Part shown: positions 1 through 16,242 of the stretch, piece by piece
Numbering within the stretch: the stretch's first letter is position 1
Layout: each line of letters begins with the position of its first letter
From: the human T2T-CHM13v2.0 reference genome, Homo sapiens
DNA length: 64,000 nt
Assembly (NCBI RefSeq): GCF_009914755.1
Contig: NC_060933.1
Direction: 5' to 3' (one strand)
Notes under the pieces: model-generated
Databases searched by the model: none
Told to the model about the DNA's origin: nothing
Seen by the model: only the letters and a program-made list of their open reading frames with translations
Translations under genes and position numbers: made by a program

Positions 1-104
1 TTCACCATTTGGAGCTATGGCAAAGTGGTTGATTACTGTGTAATTTTCTAATGTGACTAATTTGCAGGTGACTGTTCTGTTTAAAAAAAAAAAAATTAGT
101 TTTG

Positions 105-457
<353 letters not shown>

Positions 458-2299
458 TCAAAGATTAGGCTATAAAGGATGATTAATTCCTTCTGACGTG
501 TTTCAGAGGTATTCTAAAAAGTCCTTGACTTTTGTTTTGTTTTGTTCTTCTGGCTAGGTTTTAATGGTTTGGATTTCTATATTTTTAGTTTTCAATAACT
601 GTCATTACAAATGCTGTCTCAAAAGAAATTTTTTTGTCCTTGCCATAGTGAGCACAGATTCAATCTATGACAGAATTGAGAATTCGGATGTATGTTAAGA
701 ATTGGTTTTGCTTTTAAGCAACGTTTAGCCAAATGAGACCTCTCCATATCCACAGGCAGTCTGCTTGTCTACTAGGCTGAGGGATGTTCTAAGTGCATAT
801 GAATTAGTGACGGATTAGTGATGTTTCCTTTCTTCACAGTACATTTTAATTGTGTTTCTTGAGAGTGTGCAAGCGTTGCTTGCTTCGAAAGTGTGAGTCA
901 GGCCCAAATTTCTAGGTGTCCTCTGTGAGGCTTCTTTTATGACTGAATGACTGAATTAAAAATTTTTTTAATGGGTATGGGGCAGGAGGACGTGTTTTCT
1001 GTTCTTGATGCCTTTATCTTCCTCATATTTAAGAGCATCAGGCTGTATGCATGTTGACACTGGTGGTTTTCATCACTTTCTGCAGGAACTCAAGTCTCAG
1101 TTTGTTATAGTGAGACATTTTACAAAGTAATTAACTGGTAAGACACAATAATACGCATAATGATTTTACTGATATTTTGAAAGAGGTATATATTAGATTA
1201 GAAGTTTTTCCCTATTTTATGGGAATCAAAGTAATCAAGATTTTGAAAATTCTAATTTAAGCCTGAAATCATCAAGATTGTGATAATTCTACATAAAGTC
1301 ACAGGTGTTAAAGGAGGAAACCAGTGATTTTATGTTCACAAAAAAGCTTCAAGGGATAAGAAAAAAATGGCCAAGAGTTTTGGTTACACACTATAGTCAG
1401 TTAATATGAAAAATTTAGCAGACACATAAAAATCAGTCAGATATTGTTTTCAGATATTCTAGGATTTTGGTCTCCATAATTTAAGTTCATCACATGACTT
1501 CCTTTTCTTGACTTTGGATTGTTTAGTGATGGTCTATAAAGTTCAAGTTGAGTTCTAGCTGTCACTTATTATCTGTAAGACCTTGAGAAAATTAATTTTC
1601 TAGTAGTTTTTAGTCAAGGATTCATTTCCTGATTTCTACAACAATAGTAACTAGCAATTACAACTATGTCTATCTTACAAGCTGTTTAGAGAATTAAACT
1701 TTAAAATGCATGCAAATTGGTTAGCACAGTGCCTGCCTGGCACATGACACAAATCAATCAAGATTGGCTTAAAAAGGAAAGGGCGAAGTTGGTGTATTGA
1801 CCAAACGTTTGAATAAATATGACCTATTAGCTTATTTACTCAGAGGATGGTGTTTCATTTTTACCTAGTCCTTTTTGCAATTTAGTCACCCTCTACTCTA
1901 CTATTTCCTAAACGTGACTTTTGTGTATCAATTTACCCTTCAATTTGTAAACTTTAGAAGATTATTATACCTCATACTATGAATAGAGAGCAAGTCCAAG
2001 AGCAATTCACACACCCTGTCTATAACAAGTGCAGGCAGATCTTGACTTGCACAAATATTAGGTAGAAGAAACCCACATGAAATTTAACAGAAATATAGCA
2101 AAACAAGATAAAGTGATATCACAAACAATAAGAATGTGAACAAATATCTGAAAATGATCTGCTTTAGGATCCAGAAGAAAATTTCAGAAAATTGCCTTCA
2201 TCCCTGGAGTACAGGAAATCATGGTTCTATGAAAAGATTGTGGTAGAAATTTTAGAAATCAAGGAAGAAAACTGAAAAAAATCAGATTAAAAAGCACAT

Positions 2300-3245
2300 A
2301 GACTCTCATACACTGATGGAAGGAGAGTGGATGGTACAACTACTTTGGAGAATGTTTTGGGAGTTTCTTCTAAAGTTAAATATACGTCTACATATGACCC
2401 AGCAATTTTACTCTTGGGTATTTACCCTAGAGAAATAAACATATATGTTTGCAGAAATAGTTGTATGAGGCCCAGGTGCAGTGGCTCATACCTGTAATCC
2501 CACCACCCTGGAAGGCCACGGCAGGAGGATTGCTTGAGCTCAGGTGTTTGAGATCAGCCTTGGCAACATGGCAAAACCCTGTCTTTACAAAAAATACAAA
2601 ACTTAGCTGGGCATGGTGACATGCACTTGTAATCCCAGCTACTTGGGTGGCTGAGGCAGGAGGATCGCTTGAGCTTGGGAGGTCAAGGCTGCAGTGAGCC
2701 ATGTTCATGCCACTGCACTCCAGTCTGGGTGACAGAGTGAGACCCTGTCCCTAAATTAATAAATAAATGAAAGAATTGTATGAGGATGTTTATATCAGCT
2801 TTATTTATAATAGCCCCAAACCAGAAACAATCCAAACATCTATCAGCAGGAGGATGGATAAGCAAGTTGAGGTATATTCATATAATGAAATATTATTTAG
2901 CAGTAAAAAACACACTACAGATATATGCAAAATGTGGGTAAATATATGCCAGTGTGTGGGCTTAAAGAGCACACACTGCATGATTCCATCTGTATGAAAC
3001 TCACAGACCAACAGAACTAACTGATATTGGTAGAAATCAGAAAGTGGTTGCCAAATGTTGTAGGTAAGAATTTGGGGAATTGACAGGAAAAGGCCATGAG
3101 GGAATTTGCTGGGGTGATGGAAATGTTTAATATCTTAGTTTTTTTGCAAAATAGTTAATGCTATATAATTGTTAACATTCTCCAAACTGAACATCTAAGT
3201 TATATATGTATTATGATATTTTAGTTATACCTCAGTTAAAAAAAT
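2300..3245 (+). mobile_element. Old L1M 3' region, split by an AluJ
   Basis: gacccagcaattttactcttgggtatttaccctagagaaat...ttatacctcagttaaaaaaa, typical L1M ORF2 end and 3'UTR. Confidence 0.8.
2469..2768 (+). mobile_element. AluJ
   Basis: gaggtcaaggctgcagtgagccatg diagnostic; ttgtatgagg on both flanks. Confidence 0.93.
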
Positions 3246-4256
3246 GACAAACCCACCAACCCTGTAGGAAGCTATGAGAAGCAGAATTATTGTTACAGAA
3301 AATCAAATCAGTGATGTGAGAATAAAATCAACCAAAGATGATAGAAGGTGTTTGAGGATGATCGATGTGAAGCCCAGAAACCACAGAGCCAACACATGGG
3401 GTTTTTTTCTGATGGAGCACCCAGAACAAATGGGACAGATGCAATAGTCAGAGCTTTGAAGGGTAAATCTTTTCTGAGCTTAAGAAAGAACTGCCTTGCA
3501 AGTGCTTACCCTGTTTTACGCTAAATCGTAACTGAACATGTTGTGACAAAATATTTTAATTACAATAAAAAAATTTCTACAATATTGACACAAGGAAAAA
3601 AGTCAATTATCAACAAAACAATTAAAAACCAGTTTGCTTTCAGATGTTTTTGTTGGCACACAAAATACCAAAAGGCAAGAAAAGAGTTTGGAGACAAAGC
3701 AGTGTTAGCCAAGAATAATATATCTGGCCAAATTCTCCTTTATGTAGGAAGGCAACAAAATTCTCAGCTATACAAAAACTTGGAAAATATTTTCCTTAGG
3801 AACCCTTTGAAAAACTTACTTGAAAATCTACATCATTCAATGAAAGATGAGGCAAATGAAGGGCCATGGGGGGAAATAATGGCACAATATGATGTCATGG
3901 AAAGCTAACATCAATCAGAATAAGAAGATCAAAGAATTGTAAAGGAGTTTAAAAAATGAAAGTAAAAGCCAAAAATATATCTCAAGAGAGAATAGGCACA
4001 ATGTTAAAAACCTATCAGAATGGTAACATAAATCAGGAAGATGTTTCCCTCAGGCTGGAAAGAGGTTCCTGGGACCGAAATACATGGCACTTATTTTAAA
4101 AACTGAGTGTTAGGTCCTTGAGTTTTGGTTTTATGCTTTCCTTATGTCATTTGAATGTCTTCAGTATTTTATCACAAAATTTTAAAAAATAATATATGCT
4201 CTGCCAAGGAAGAATTTTCCAAGTATAATACATAATTCTGTCTTATAATTTTATTA

Positions 4257-4563
<307 letters not shown>

Positions 4564-5587
4564 TCAGTATAAAAATATTAGAGATAACTACTTGAAGAAT
4601 TTTAAAGATAGGATACCTCCTATGTGAAATATGAAAAAAACCATAAAAACAAAGAAAACATAGCAAATAACCAAAAACACTCATCTGAAGGAAAAATTTA
4701 AACATATAGAACAAGTTTACTAAACAAGACCTATAAACTCATTAAAACAAGCAACATACATGGAGCCAGTGCCTCACTTTTCAGTGACAATTCCCTATCC
4801 TAACTTACTTCTTCCATTATTCCAAACACAACAGCTCTTTGATCTCTTGTAGACTCTAGTCCAATGACTCCATGCTTTCTCAAAATCCATTATTCTAATT
4901 CGAATTCTTAGATGTCAGAGTACATCACTGTAATCATTTCCTTGGAAACATTCTCGCTTTTCATATTCCCCTCATTTTCTTTGTATTCACATTGCAAAAG
5001 CTCCACCCTTGATTATCTCAAAAGTCCCCTTCTCAGTGCCTGCAGTGGAGCATCTGGAGGTTGCTGGAGAAAATCCTCCAGTGGGCTTTCATTTTAAATT
5101 TTGTTCTCAAATCCCAAATGGCCCACCGCTTGGGGATTAGAGACAGTTATTAGTCTGTAATAAGCGTATATCTCCTTTTTCCAAGACAGCGTTTTCTCAT
5201 TTCTTCTTAAACTTTCTACCCCAACTTCTAGTTTAAGGCCTCCCTCATATCATAAGTTATTGAGAAATAGAAACGACCAGAAATCCTTCCCTCAATCTCC
5301 CACCACGAAATTCACACACCTTTCTGCATCTGCTGGGATTTTCTCTTCTTTGCCCTGTTGCAGCAAAAACAACAACAACAAAACCCTTCTTCCAATCAAA
5401 GGCAATAATACCAAAATACCCCGACGTGTGTTGTGTATTCTTTCCCTCTCCCAGCATCTCAATAAACTAATTCCTTTGGCCATAGACCGTCCTGTATCAT
5501 CAGTGTCTCCTTCCTGCTGGATCATTCCTGCTGGTACACAAACATCTCTAGTATCTTCTTTTAAGCAAAGAAACAAAACCACTCCTA

Positions 5588-5888
<301 letters not shown>

Positions 5889-5899
5889 CAAAACCCCTT

Positions 5900-7385
5900 C
5901 TTAATCAGACATCCCCCTCATGCTCCTGCTCCACCTGTCTGCCTCCCTTCATGGCAAAGCTTCTTCAAAGAGTGGGGATCCACACTGGCACCACTTTCTA
6001 GGCCCTTTTCCCTTCCTCCACCAACTTCAGTCTGGATTCTTGCCCCACCCTCCGTGACAACTGCTTTTGCTTTTTTCTCCTGTGGGTATTACCACTGGAA
6101 TTTCTGCTGCCAACTCCAAAGGATGCCATTCTGTCCTCATCCAATGGGACTTGTCAGCAGTATTTGCCATGATTGACTGTTCTCTCCATTGTCCAAATAA
6201 TCTTATCTTGAATCCTATGAAGCACCTTCGTTCTTCCCTTCTTTCTCTTCTCTGAAGGCTGATTCTCTTCCTCTGGGCCATTTGAAAGCTTGCTTCAAGG
6301 GTCAGTCTTTGGCAGTCTCTTTGACTTTACACATTCTTCTTAGGAGGTGCCATCCACAACCATGGCTTCATGTGATTTAATATACTCAGATGACACACAG
6401 GTTCTTATATCCAGCCCAGACTTCTCTGAATTCTAAACCTATGTTTTCAACTGACTACATTCTCCCTTCTCTTAGACCCCTCCTGAAGGAACCCCCGAAC
6501 TTCATTCTATCCCAAAACACATTTAAACCTAGTTCTCTAAAATAGCTCTCCTTTTTAGAGAATTCATTTTTGCTAACTGGAAACTTGATCATTATCTTTG
6601 GGACCTTCTTCTCCCTCACTTCTTCCCCAGCACAATGCCCAACCTCATGACTCCTTAGTATCTCCTTGAACCATCCCCTTTCCCCTCATTGGTCACTACC
6701 ACCTGATGCAAGCTGCCATCGTTTCCTGCTGAACTGCTGCACCAGCTTCCTAATGGGTCTCATACCATCCTAGGCCCTTCCAGTCCATTGTGATTTACAA
6801 AAGAATCACAATGAAAATCTGATCATGTCACCCCCTTGTGCTCGTCACCCTTCAATGCGATTTTGAGTGTGTAAGGCTCATTACAAGGCCCACAAAGCTC
6901 TGCAATGGTTTGACACCCATCCACTGCCCAGCCTCATCTCACACTACTCTCTCCTCCTCACCCTGGCTATCTTTTATGAATAGATATGGCTTTTATGAAT
7001 AACCTGACTATCCTCTCTATAAATCATACTCCCTTCTCTCAAAAGTCCTGTATGCATTGTTTCTCTGTCTGAATGCCCTTTTGGCCTCTGTTTATATGGC
7101 TGAGTTCTTCTCATCCTTGTTGTAGTTTAAATGTCATTGCCTTAAAGAGGTCTTCCCTCACCATCCTATCAAAATGGGCCCTTCATCTCCATTTTCTTTA
7201 TCACTAAAGTGAAAACAACTTATTGTTAATATATGTCTGTTTATATGATTCTTTTCTTTCTCCCCAACAAGATAGTTAACTTGCTCATGTGGGAAGCCCA
7301 TAGGTTTTATTTACAAGTGCTTAAGTAAATCAAGCACATGCAAGGAGTGTAGTAAATGATTGCTGAATAAGTGAATGAATGCATA
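5900..7385 (+). mobile_element. Degraded L2 3' region
   Basis: Pyrimidine-rich L2-like text ending tgctgaataagtgaatgaatg; boundaries approximate. Confidence 0.65.
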
Positions 7386-9298
7386 GGAAATGAGCACATA
7401 CCTATGAAATCATTTTTTAATCTTTCCATTGTCCTCTGGCTTAAGTTTTTGCTCTTGCATAATTTTGTTAGAGTCTTCTTGTAAATAATAGTGTCCATAT
7501 GTTGGCTCTGACGAGCAAGTAATGATACCATCTTCATTGTGATGGTCCTGGGGGAGTAGTGGGGTAAGGGGGCAGATCTTCTGAGAAAATGCTTCAATTT
7601 TCCTTCCTCCTCCACACAGTTTCCACCCTTTGGTCCTCATTCTTCAGCACTTCAGTTATGTAACTGAATTTTCTCTGCAATTATTAAGATATGTGATGTT
7701 ATTTCTATTTTCTGAGAAAATTGAGATTCACAGGTCCTAAGTAACTGATCAAAGGTCCGCAAAGCAAAAATTTCCATGCGCACAGTTTAAAACCAGGTCT
7801 GTAAAATGTAGATATTCGTGATTTCTCCTTCTATCCTACCACAGTGCCTCTAGCCATATGACAAAGTAGGGATTCCACCTACATTAAATGTGTTGTAGAT
7901 GGAAGGGGAAAACTACAAAGCTAATCCAGTCGGGAAGAATCGGCAAGTTACTGTCACAGTGGAAATCCCTGGAAAAAAAGGCTTGACTCTTACTAAATAC
8001 CATGAAATTATGCAGCCCAGAGTTCTTTCTTTGATGAGCACAAAATTGTTTTTTGGTTTACAGTTATTTTACTGACATAACATTGGCAACCAGAAGAATA
8101 TAGGATGATTAAATCAACATCATAAGGCATCTCTCAATTTTTTTCCAGTAAATTGCATAGCATTATTTCCTAATTTATACTTATTCTTTCTGTAAGGTTA
8201 ATTTTGAGTAGGTATTTAGGAAAATGCTACTTTCTGTTATATTTTATACCTTATTTTTAAAACTGCAGGTATTTAAGTCTTCCATATTCATACCATCCCA
8301 ACTGCATTGCTTTCATTTCTCTATGTTTACTTCCAGTCGTTACCCGTATATTATAAAATATAGTTAGTCTTTACATATTTTATACCACATAGTGATATAA
8401 TTTTTATTCCACCTTTATTTATATTTAACATTTTTGTTGTTTTAGCAATAAAGAAGGAAGCAGCAGACAGACTATTTCAAAGCTTAATGTGTGTAGTTCC
8501 CAAATTGTATTTGTTTTCTTAGTATTTGTTTTCCTAGCTATGATAAAAATGAAGATTTAAGGGATGGTTACTACATATTAACACAGACTAGTAACTTAAG
8601 TAGATGTAATGAAATTTTTTAGAGAGCTGGGTGATTCTCTAATTTAAATACAAGTTTAAGGACATGTAGGATAGTTGAACATAAAATTGAGCTACAATCT
8701 AGAATTACTACTAAATAGGCAATTATTTTGTTTTGGCAACATATATAGAGGCACTAACAATTACATATGTCTACCTAGAAATGACAGAAGGAACACTTGA
8801 AATATGAAGCTTACTTTATTAGCTATAAGTGTGTTTTTCTTTAATAAAACATACTAACTTACTTGAAATTTATTTATACAAACTCACTTAACTCCATGTT
8901 CATTCTTGTTAAAGGTAGTATTTCATTTGATTATGATTAGGGACTTTATTTAAATCACTAAAATTTCATTCTTCATTTAATGATGCCTACCAAAATATAG
9001 AGCTGTCTACATTAGCACTGCTCATTTATTACACTAATTTCCCAAAATATACAAGTTTATTCTAAAAGCTCTTCATAAAAATTACAAAGAAGTGGCTTTT
9101 TAATTTCCCAAAGTTCTCATCTGGATTAGAACAAGGTTAGGATAAATTTTTAGTGAATAGAACCATGAGCTTATTTTAAACCACATATTATCTAAATTAT
9201 CTTTATAACTATGCAGGCATATTTCAACAATTTCTGTGAGAGTTCATGGACTCTTCAGAGATAAGAGTTTCTTTTGGCTCTTTAAACCATTTGAGTAT

Positions 9299-9764
9299 TG
9301 TGGTGGGTTGAATTGTGGGTCCCTAAAAGATGTCTATCAGAATCTGTAAATGTGACCTCATTTGGAATAAAGGTCTTTGTAGATATAATTAAGGAAGAGA
9401 TCTCAAGATGAGATTATTCTAAAATAGAGTGGGTCCTAAATCCAGTGATCAATACCCTTAGAAGAGACAGGAAAAGAGAGACAAATAGAAGACACAGGGA
9501 GAAGAGAAGAAGGCTATTTGAGGATGGAGGCAGAGATTGGAGTGATGCTGCCACAAGCCAAAGAATGCCAGGAGCCACCAGGAGCCACCAGAAGCTGGGA
9601 GAAGCAAAGGAGAATTCTCCCTTAGAGCTCTTGTGGGGATCATGGCCCTGCCAACACTTTAATTTCAGACTTCTGACCTCCACATTGTGAGAGAATAAAT
9701 TTCTGCTGTTTTAAGCTAGAAAATTTGTGATAATTAGTTGCAGCAGCTGTAGGAAACTAATACA
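9299..9764 (+). mobile_element. MLT1 (MLT1C-like) solo LTR
   Basis: TG...CA termini (tgtggtgggttgaattg...ggaaactaataca), 466 bp, perfect 5-bp TSD AGTAT. Confidence 0.9.
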
Positions 9765-9960
9765 AGTATGCATTTGACACTAATTACAGATTTTGAATTG
9801 CTTTAAATCTTAGTCTACGACTATCTTGTGTTTATAGTTAAGAGCTTTTTAAAAAAAGTATATTAAGGACTGAATATCTGTCATAAAAACAATGTTATAT
9901 ATGTATTATTCCATTTATCCTCACAAGGTTACTGTTTTGGTTTTATTTTACCTACTGCAG

Positions 9961-10107
9961 ACGTGGCTGGTGGCTATTCATATTCCATGCTTGATGCAAT
10001 CAGAAGAGCAGTGATGGTTTCCAATATCCTTTTAATTAATAAGGTAAATGAGAAAAGCCTCACCCTCAAAGAAGTCTTCAGACTAGCTACTCTTGGAGGA
10101 AGCCAAG
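9961..10107 (+). CDS. GDA: GDA coding exon (147 nt, phase 1 to phase 1): (D)VAGGYSYSMLDAIRRAVMVSNILLINKVNEKSLTLKEVFRLATLGGSQ(A)
   Basis: Pyrimidine tract and ctgcag| acceptor at 9960; CAAG|gtaatg donor at 10108. Peptide recognised as guanine deaminase (amidohydrolase DVAGG and ATLGG motifs). The split first codon is the metal-ligand Asp: 125 residues from the C-terminus, i.e. Asp330 of the 454-aa protein as recalled. Confidence 0.97.
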
Positions 10108-10407
10108 GTAATGACTCTTACATTTTTCTCTCACACAATATACAACCATGCTGATCGGTGTCTTTGGATGTAGTATGAAGATGCATGATTGGTATTAGGA
10201 AAATCCAATATTTGTGATGATCACATCTCATGTAACATACCCAGAACTCAGCCAGTAAAGTGAAGTTCACTGAAGGAGGAATCATTCCTTAGTGAATTCA
10301 CTGTCTTTGGTAGAATAGATGTCTGAGACACAGTTATCATATTAATTGTTTTAATGGGTATTACATTGGTTACATGGATATGAGTGCTTTAAAATAATCC
10401 ATTCTTA

Positions 10408-10720
10408 GGCCAGGTACCTAAGAATCACAGTAACTTACGTCTGTAATCCCAGCACTTTGGGAAGCTGAGGCAGGCAGATTGCTTGAGCCCAGGAGTTTGA
10501 GACCAGCCTGGGCAATGTGACAAAACCCCGTCTCTACAAAAAAATACAAAAATTAGCTGGGCTTGGTGAAGTGTCCCTGTAGTTCTGGCTACTTGGGAGG
10601 CTGAGGTGGGAGGATCATCTGAACCCGGGGAGGTAGAGGCTGCAGTGAGCAGTGATTGTGCCACTACACTTCAGCGTGGGCAACAGAGTGAGACCTTGTC
10701 TCCAAATAAATAAATTAAAG
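10408..10720 (+). mobile_element. AluJ
   Basis: Dimer with J diagnostics; aatccatt on both flanks. Confidence 0.92.
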
Positions 10721-12660
10721 AATCCATTTTTCCACTAAGTCAAGTAACTTGCTCTCCAGTGGCCTAAGTGATGATCATAATAGTAAAATAGTAGCCAAGG
10801 CTTACTTAAGCTCTTCCCCTGTGATAAGAATCATACCACATACTTTATATGTGTTGTTATTTAATCCTCACCACCACTGTTATTCATTTCGTTTTACAAA
10901 CAAGAAGCCTGAGTGAGGCTTACACAGCTGTCAAGCCACAGTGTGCTATGATTTGAATCCACCTAATCTGATGCCAGCATGCAGATTTCTTACCTTCTGC
11001 CCTTCCACTACAGTATCTTCCTGTATAAATCCCTGCCAAGACCATGCATTTGGTTCATATACTTAAGTACACTAATTACTCTTTAAAAGGATAAAGATGT
11101 AAAAATTTAGTTGGTTGATATGCAAATATTGCTCATCAACTTTTCCCAATTCTCACGTGTAACTGTATTGTTACGGAAAAAAATAAAAATTGGTCACTGT
11201 ATTTCTTTAAGTCACTTTAGAATTATACATGTAATCAGAATGGATGATAGTGAAACACAGCATGAAACCATAGGTAGCTAGTGAGAAATTAAAATGTAGA
11301 TATAGATTTAGAAACATATTGGGTGTAGATTTATGATAGATACCCTGAGTCTTACAAATGAAGGATGACCGAAGCCAAGATTATCCTGGGAAGAGAAACT
11401 TCTCAGATGTTCTCTGAGTGTTGGGGACTATGATGAACACCATAAGCACATTTCAAGAAAAGCAAATACAATGTTGTTTTTTGTTTTTGTTTTGTTTTGT
11501 TTTGTGATTTCCCAAAGTATTATGGTTCATTTTCCAAAATCCCAAGTTTCAAATCACCCACTATTTTAATAATTGTTACAACCTTTCACCCACACCACCA
11601 TTGTCTTTTCACATCTGAATCTGAGTTTGAGTAGTTATTCTACCATCTATGTTTGTGGTACAAACGAGTTGTATTTAAAGAGTGCTTTTTGAATTCTAGG
11701 GCTCTCTGTAAGTTACTTCATCAGGATCCTGTTTCTTTGATCAAGTCAGCATGGGTGCCTACCAAATCATTTCTACTTTGCTGTGTAGCTTTTAAATCTA
11801 TTTTCTGGGTCACTGGGCTTACTCATGGAATTTCTTTTCCTTAGTTTGTTTCTCTACTATAGTCAGAGTAAAATGAGATGAATGGATCTGTATTTAAAGT
11901 GTGGCATTTTCCCAGAACTGCCATGGCCTTTACATTCATTCTCAAGAAGATCAAGATGAGCAGAAATGATCTTCACAGAACCAACATTTACTCCAAAGGC
12001 ATCAAAACTCCATTTCCTGAAATGCATTTGAGTCACTTACCAGCCCAGTGGGATCTCTGTGCAACAATTTGAATTTATATCAGTTTACAAATTCACTGAA
12101 AAGAATTGTGTCTTTTTTGGTTAGTTCATTCCTGAAGTCTCCAGGCTCTACTGAATAACCCAGTTGGTTTATATATACCATCAAACTTGCCTAAACCCTA
12201 GTCACTGCACCTGGTTATCTGGCCTATTAAATGCACAGTCAGTAATTCAGTTTAATTCAGTTGAATTCAGTCATTAAAAACTCATACTTGACATGTTTCT
12301 TTGTCAAGGGCAAAAAGAAGTCAAGTAATCAGTGAAGGAGGAGAGAATTTCCAGTGATTTTCTGTTACATTCAGTCCTTTCCCATACAATTAGTAGAAGT
12401 CACCTGGCTCCTTTTAACATTTTGGATTATTTTCATACCCCTGTCTTGCTAAAGAGAGTACTTTAGCTAAAAAGCCATTTTTCTTTTCTGAGAATAAAAG
12501 AGTTGCCCTTTAAAGAATCTTTTAAGAACAAGTAAGATTTCTGAGTCAGTGTTTAGAGAAATGCCACAACTTCTGGATACCTATAGGTAGAAATATAATG
12601 TATTAGATATTGCCTAACAAAGGTAGTCGATTCAATATTTTCACATGAAACTTTATCTTA

Positions 12661-13038
<378 letters not shown>

Positions 13039-13956
13039 TTAACCTTCCATGCTTCCATTTGTGACCCCAGTTTACACCTTCCTCAGATTACAGGCTTTAA
13101 GGAACTTTAGAGCCAATACCTCTGTTGGCGAAGAAAGCCAACTACCCCCATCTTTCTGAAACTAAATCATAATAATGAGAGATGTTCTTCCTTGATATCC
13201 AATAATCTTGGAACATGAATTGTAGCTATGAGATGAGCCAAGTCAATAGATATTATTGGCCTGTGCTCTATTTTAGAAGACCATTCTTCTCTGGTGACCA
13301 GAAAACCTTTGAGGTTGCAAAGAGATTGGTCTGTTTTCAAAAGCATTGAGACTTTTGAGTTATGAGAATCTGTTCATTTTGAGAAGTGAGGTTTTTTTTC
13401 CATTCAAAGGATTTAAACTAAGGAATTTCTGATGGATATGCCTGCATTGACAAATATGCAAAAGGATAATTATTTTTTATTTATTCAAGGTTCATTTCAC
13501 TGCCATGAAAATAAATCTTGTCAGCTATTTCATGGAACAGAAAGAACAAAAAAAAGCAAGGCAAGGAGTTGGAGTGTTGGGGGAGAATAGAAGGGAAAAA
13601 GAATAAAGGTATTATGTTAATCATCATGTTGCTTAGAGGGATAAATGAAAAGCATAGACCAGCTGGGCTATGAAGTGCACTGATAGAGCTGAAATAGAGA
13701 CATACCAGAGTTATGATACAGTAATGAAGGGAATTGTTTTCATTCTCAGATTTTGCTTTCCTGTGCTTACTCCACTTTATGTAAGTAGAAGTCTTGTGAC
13801 CTGTTAGAATGAGAGTGATTTTCTGTCTCACTGTTAAGATACTAATTTTTTTTTTTCTCCTAGCGACATGTTGGCAAAATCTGTCCTTACAAACTGAGAC
13901 ATTAGTGTGGTCTGATGGCTTGCAATCCTGACTGTTTATTCACTTGTTCTCAATAG

Positions 13957-14087
13957 CCCTGGGGCTGGATGGTGAGATTGGAAACTTTGAAGTGGGCAAG
14001 GAATTTGATGCCATCCTGATCAACCCCAAAGCATCCGACTCTCCCATTGACCTGTTTTATGGGGACTTTTTTGGTGATATTTCTGAG
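13957..14087 (+). CDS. GDA: GDA coding exon (131 nt): (A)LGLDGEIGNFEVGKEFDAILINPKASDSPIDLFYGDFFGDISE
   Basis: caatag| acceptor and GAG|gtaagt donor; phase-compatible with the previous exon; amidohydrolase G.F..GK.FD motif. Confidence 0.97.
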
Positions 14088-14329
14088 GTAAGTAAAAGAA
14101 AGTTAATCAAAAGGCATTTATTTCATAAAGTCGTCATAATAGCTTCCCTGTAGAAAAGAAAATAGAAACCGAAACTTTTTAATGGAATGCAGGAAAATCT
14201 TAAAATGGACGCTAGAGCCCTTTGATAATTATTATAATTTTATGACAGCAATGTTAAGAATAATGGTGTTAACAAAACTTTTATATTTTGAATGTGTTTG
14301 TGTATTTGAATGTATTTGGCTACAAACAG

Positions 14330-14600
14330 CCATAATGTAACTAGCACTCATTGAACACTTGCTATGTGCTGGGTAGGCATGGGATTAGGCACTTCCATAC
14401 CTAATTTTGTTCGATCATCAGAGCAACTCTAAGAGAGTAGGTACTATTAATATTGCCATGTTAATTTATAGGGGCAGTGAGGCTTAAGGAAGGCTAAGTG
14501 ATTTACGTAAAGACTCATAGCCAGTGATTAGTAGGTAGAGTTTGGATTCACACCTGGGACTTTCTGACTACGAGAGGCGAGGCTCTTGAGCACTATGCTA
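14330..14600 (-). mobile_element. MIR
   Basis: Core gaggcttaaggaaggctaagtgatttac; similar MIR remnants near 10790-11010, 21570-21760 and 29890-29990. Confidence 0.7.
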
Positions 14601-14853
14601 TGTCAATGTTTTTAATTTTATAAGAAAATGAACTTTGTTTCTCTTATTATAAAATGTTTTTCTATGGATAAAATAAACTAGTTCATCTTACCTGAAAAAT
14701 AATTCCTTGTAAGATATTGAGTTCTTCCTAAAAAAAGAATTAAGTATTGCCATTTCTAAATTGATCTACTTGTGAGAGTAATTGCGATAATAAATATGTT
14801 AAAGATTTTAAAAGAAAAATTCTGTATTATATGAAGTTTGTACCATTTGTTAT

Positions 14854-15601
<748 letters not shown>

Positions 15602-15694
15602 TTATTTTCATATTGCTTATTCTTTTACTCTCTGATTAGAGTAAATTTCTAAGAATAGGGCTCTAGGGAATAGTCCTAGTGATTTTTCTTATAT

Positions 15695-15884
15695 CAGGGG
15701 TGTCCAAGGGAGTTCTTAGTTTCTGTTTCAGGTTGTGCCAGTAAAGCCCCCTCCCTCATCCCTCTTTTCTGCTTATCAGTAGAGACAGAAACTAAAAACC
15801 ATGGCTTCAGGCTGCTAAAAGCCTAAAACAAAACATAACAAAACAGAACAACAACAACAAAATAAGGCAGGTTGGATGAGCTTG
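15695..15884. mobile_element. MER107-like hAT MITE
   Basis: Imperfect TIRs caggggtgtccaa / ttggatgagcttg; 8-bp TSD TCTTATAT/TCTTACAT, typical of hAT elements. Confidence 0.8.
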
Positions 15885-16214
15885 TCTTACATCATACCCG
15901 TCTTGAAATATTTGAATTATTTTACTAAATTAATTTCTTTAATTTATATAATACCTTTTCTCTGATGACTCAAAATTCACATACCCAGAACTTTCACACA
16001 ATAGGTAAACTTCTGTTAATTGCCAGTGGGTTATTTTTTGTTCTGGGAGGTTTTTATAAAGCACATAGCCACTTCTTTTTTAATTAATAGAAGTAGATTT
16101 TGCCATTGAGAAACAAATTCGTATTTCTGGGCTTTGTCAACCACTATCAGCTGTGAATTTACTTTTCTAAATGCACAAATGAGTCTTTCTTATTACTTTT
16201 ATTTTCCATTTTAG

Positions 16215-16242
16215 GCTGTTATCCAGAAGTTCCTCTATCTAG
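16215..16242 (+). CDS. GDA: GDA 28-nt micro-exon: AVIQKFLYL(G)
   Basis: Long T-rich tract ending ttttag|, donor CTAG|gtaggt. Its 28 nt are needed to join the phase-0 upstream exon to the phase-1 last exon. Confidence 0.95.
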
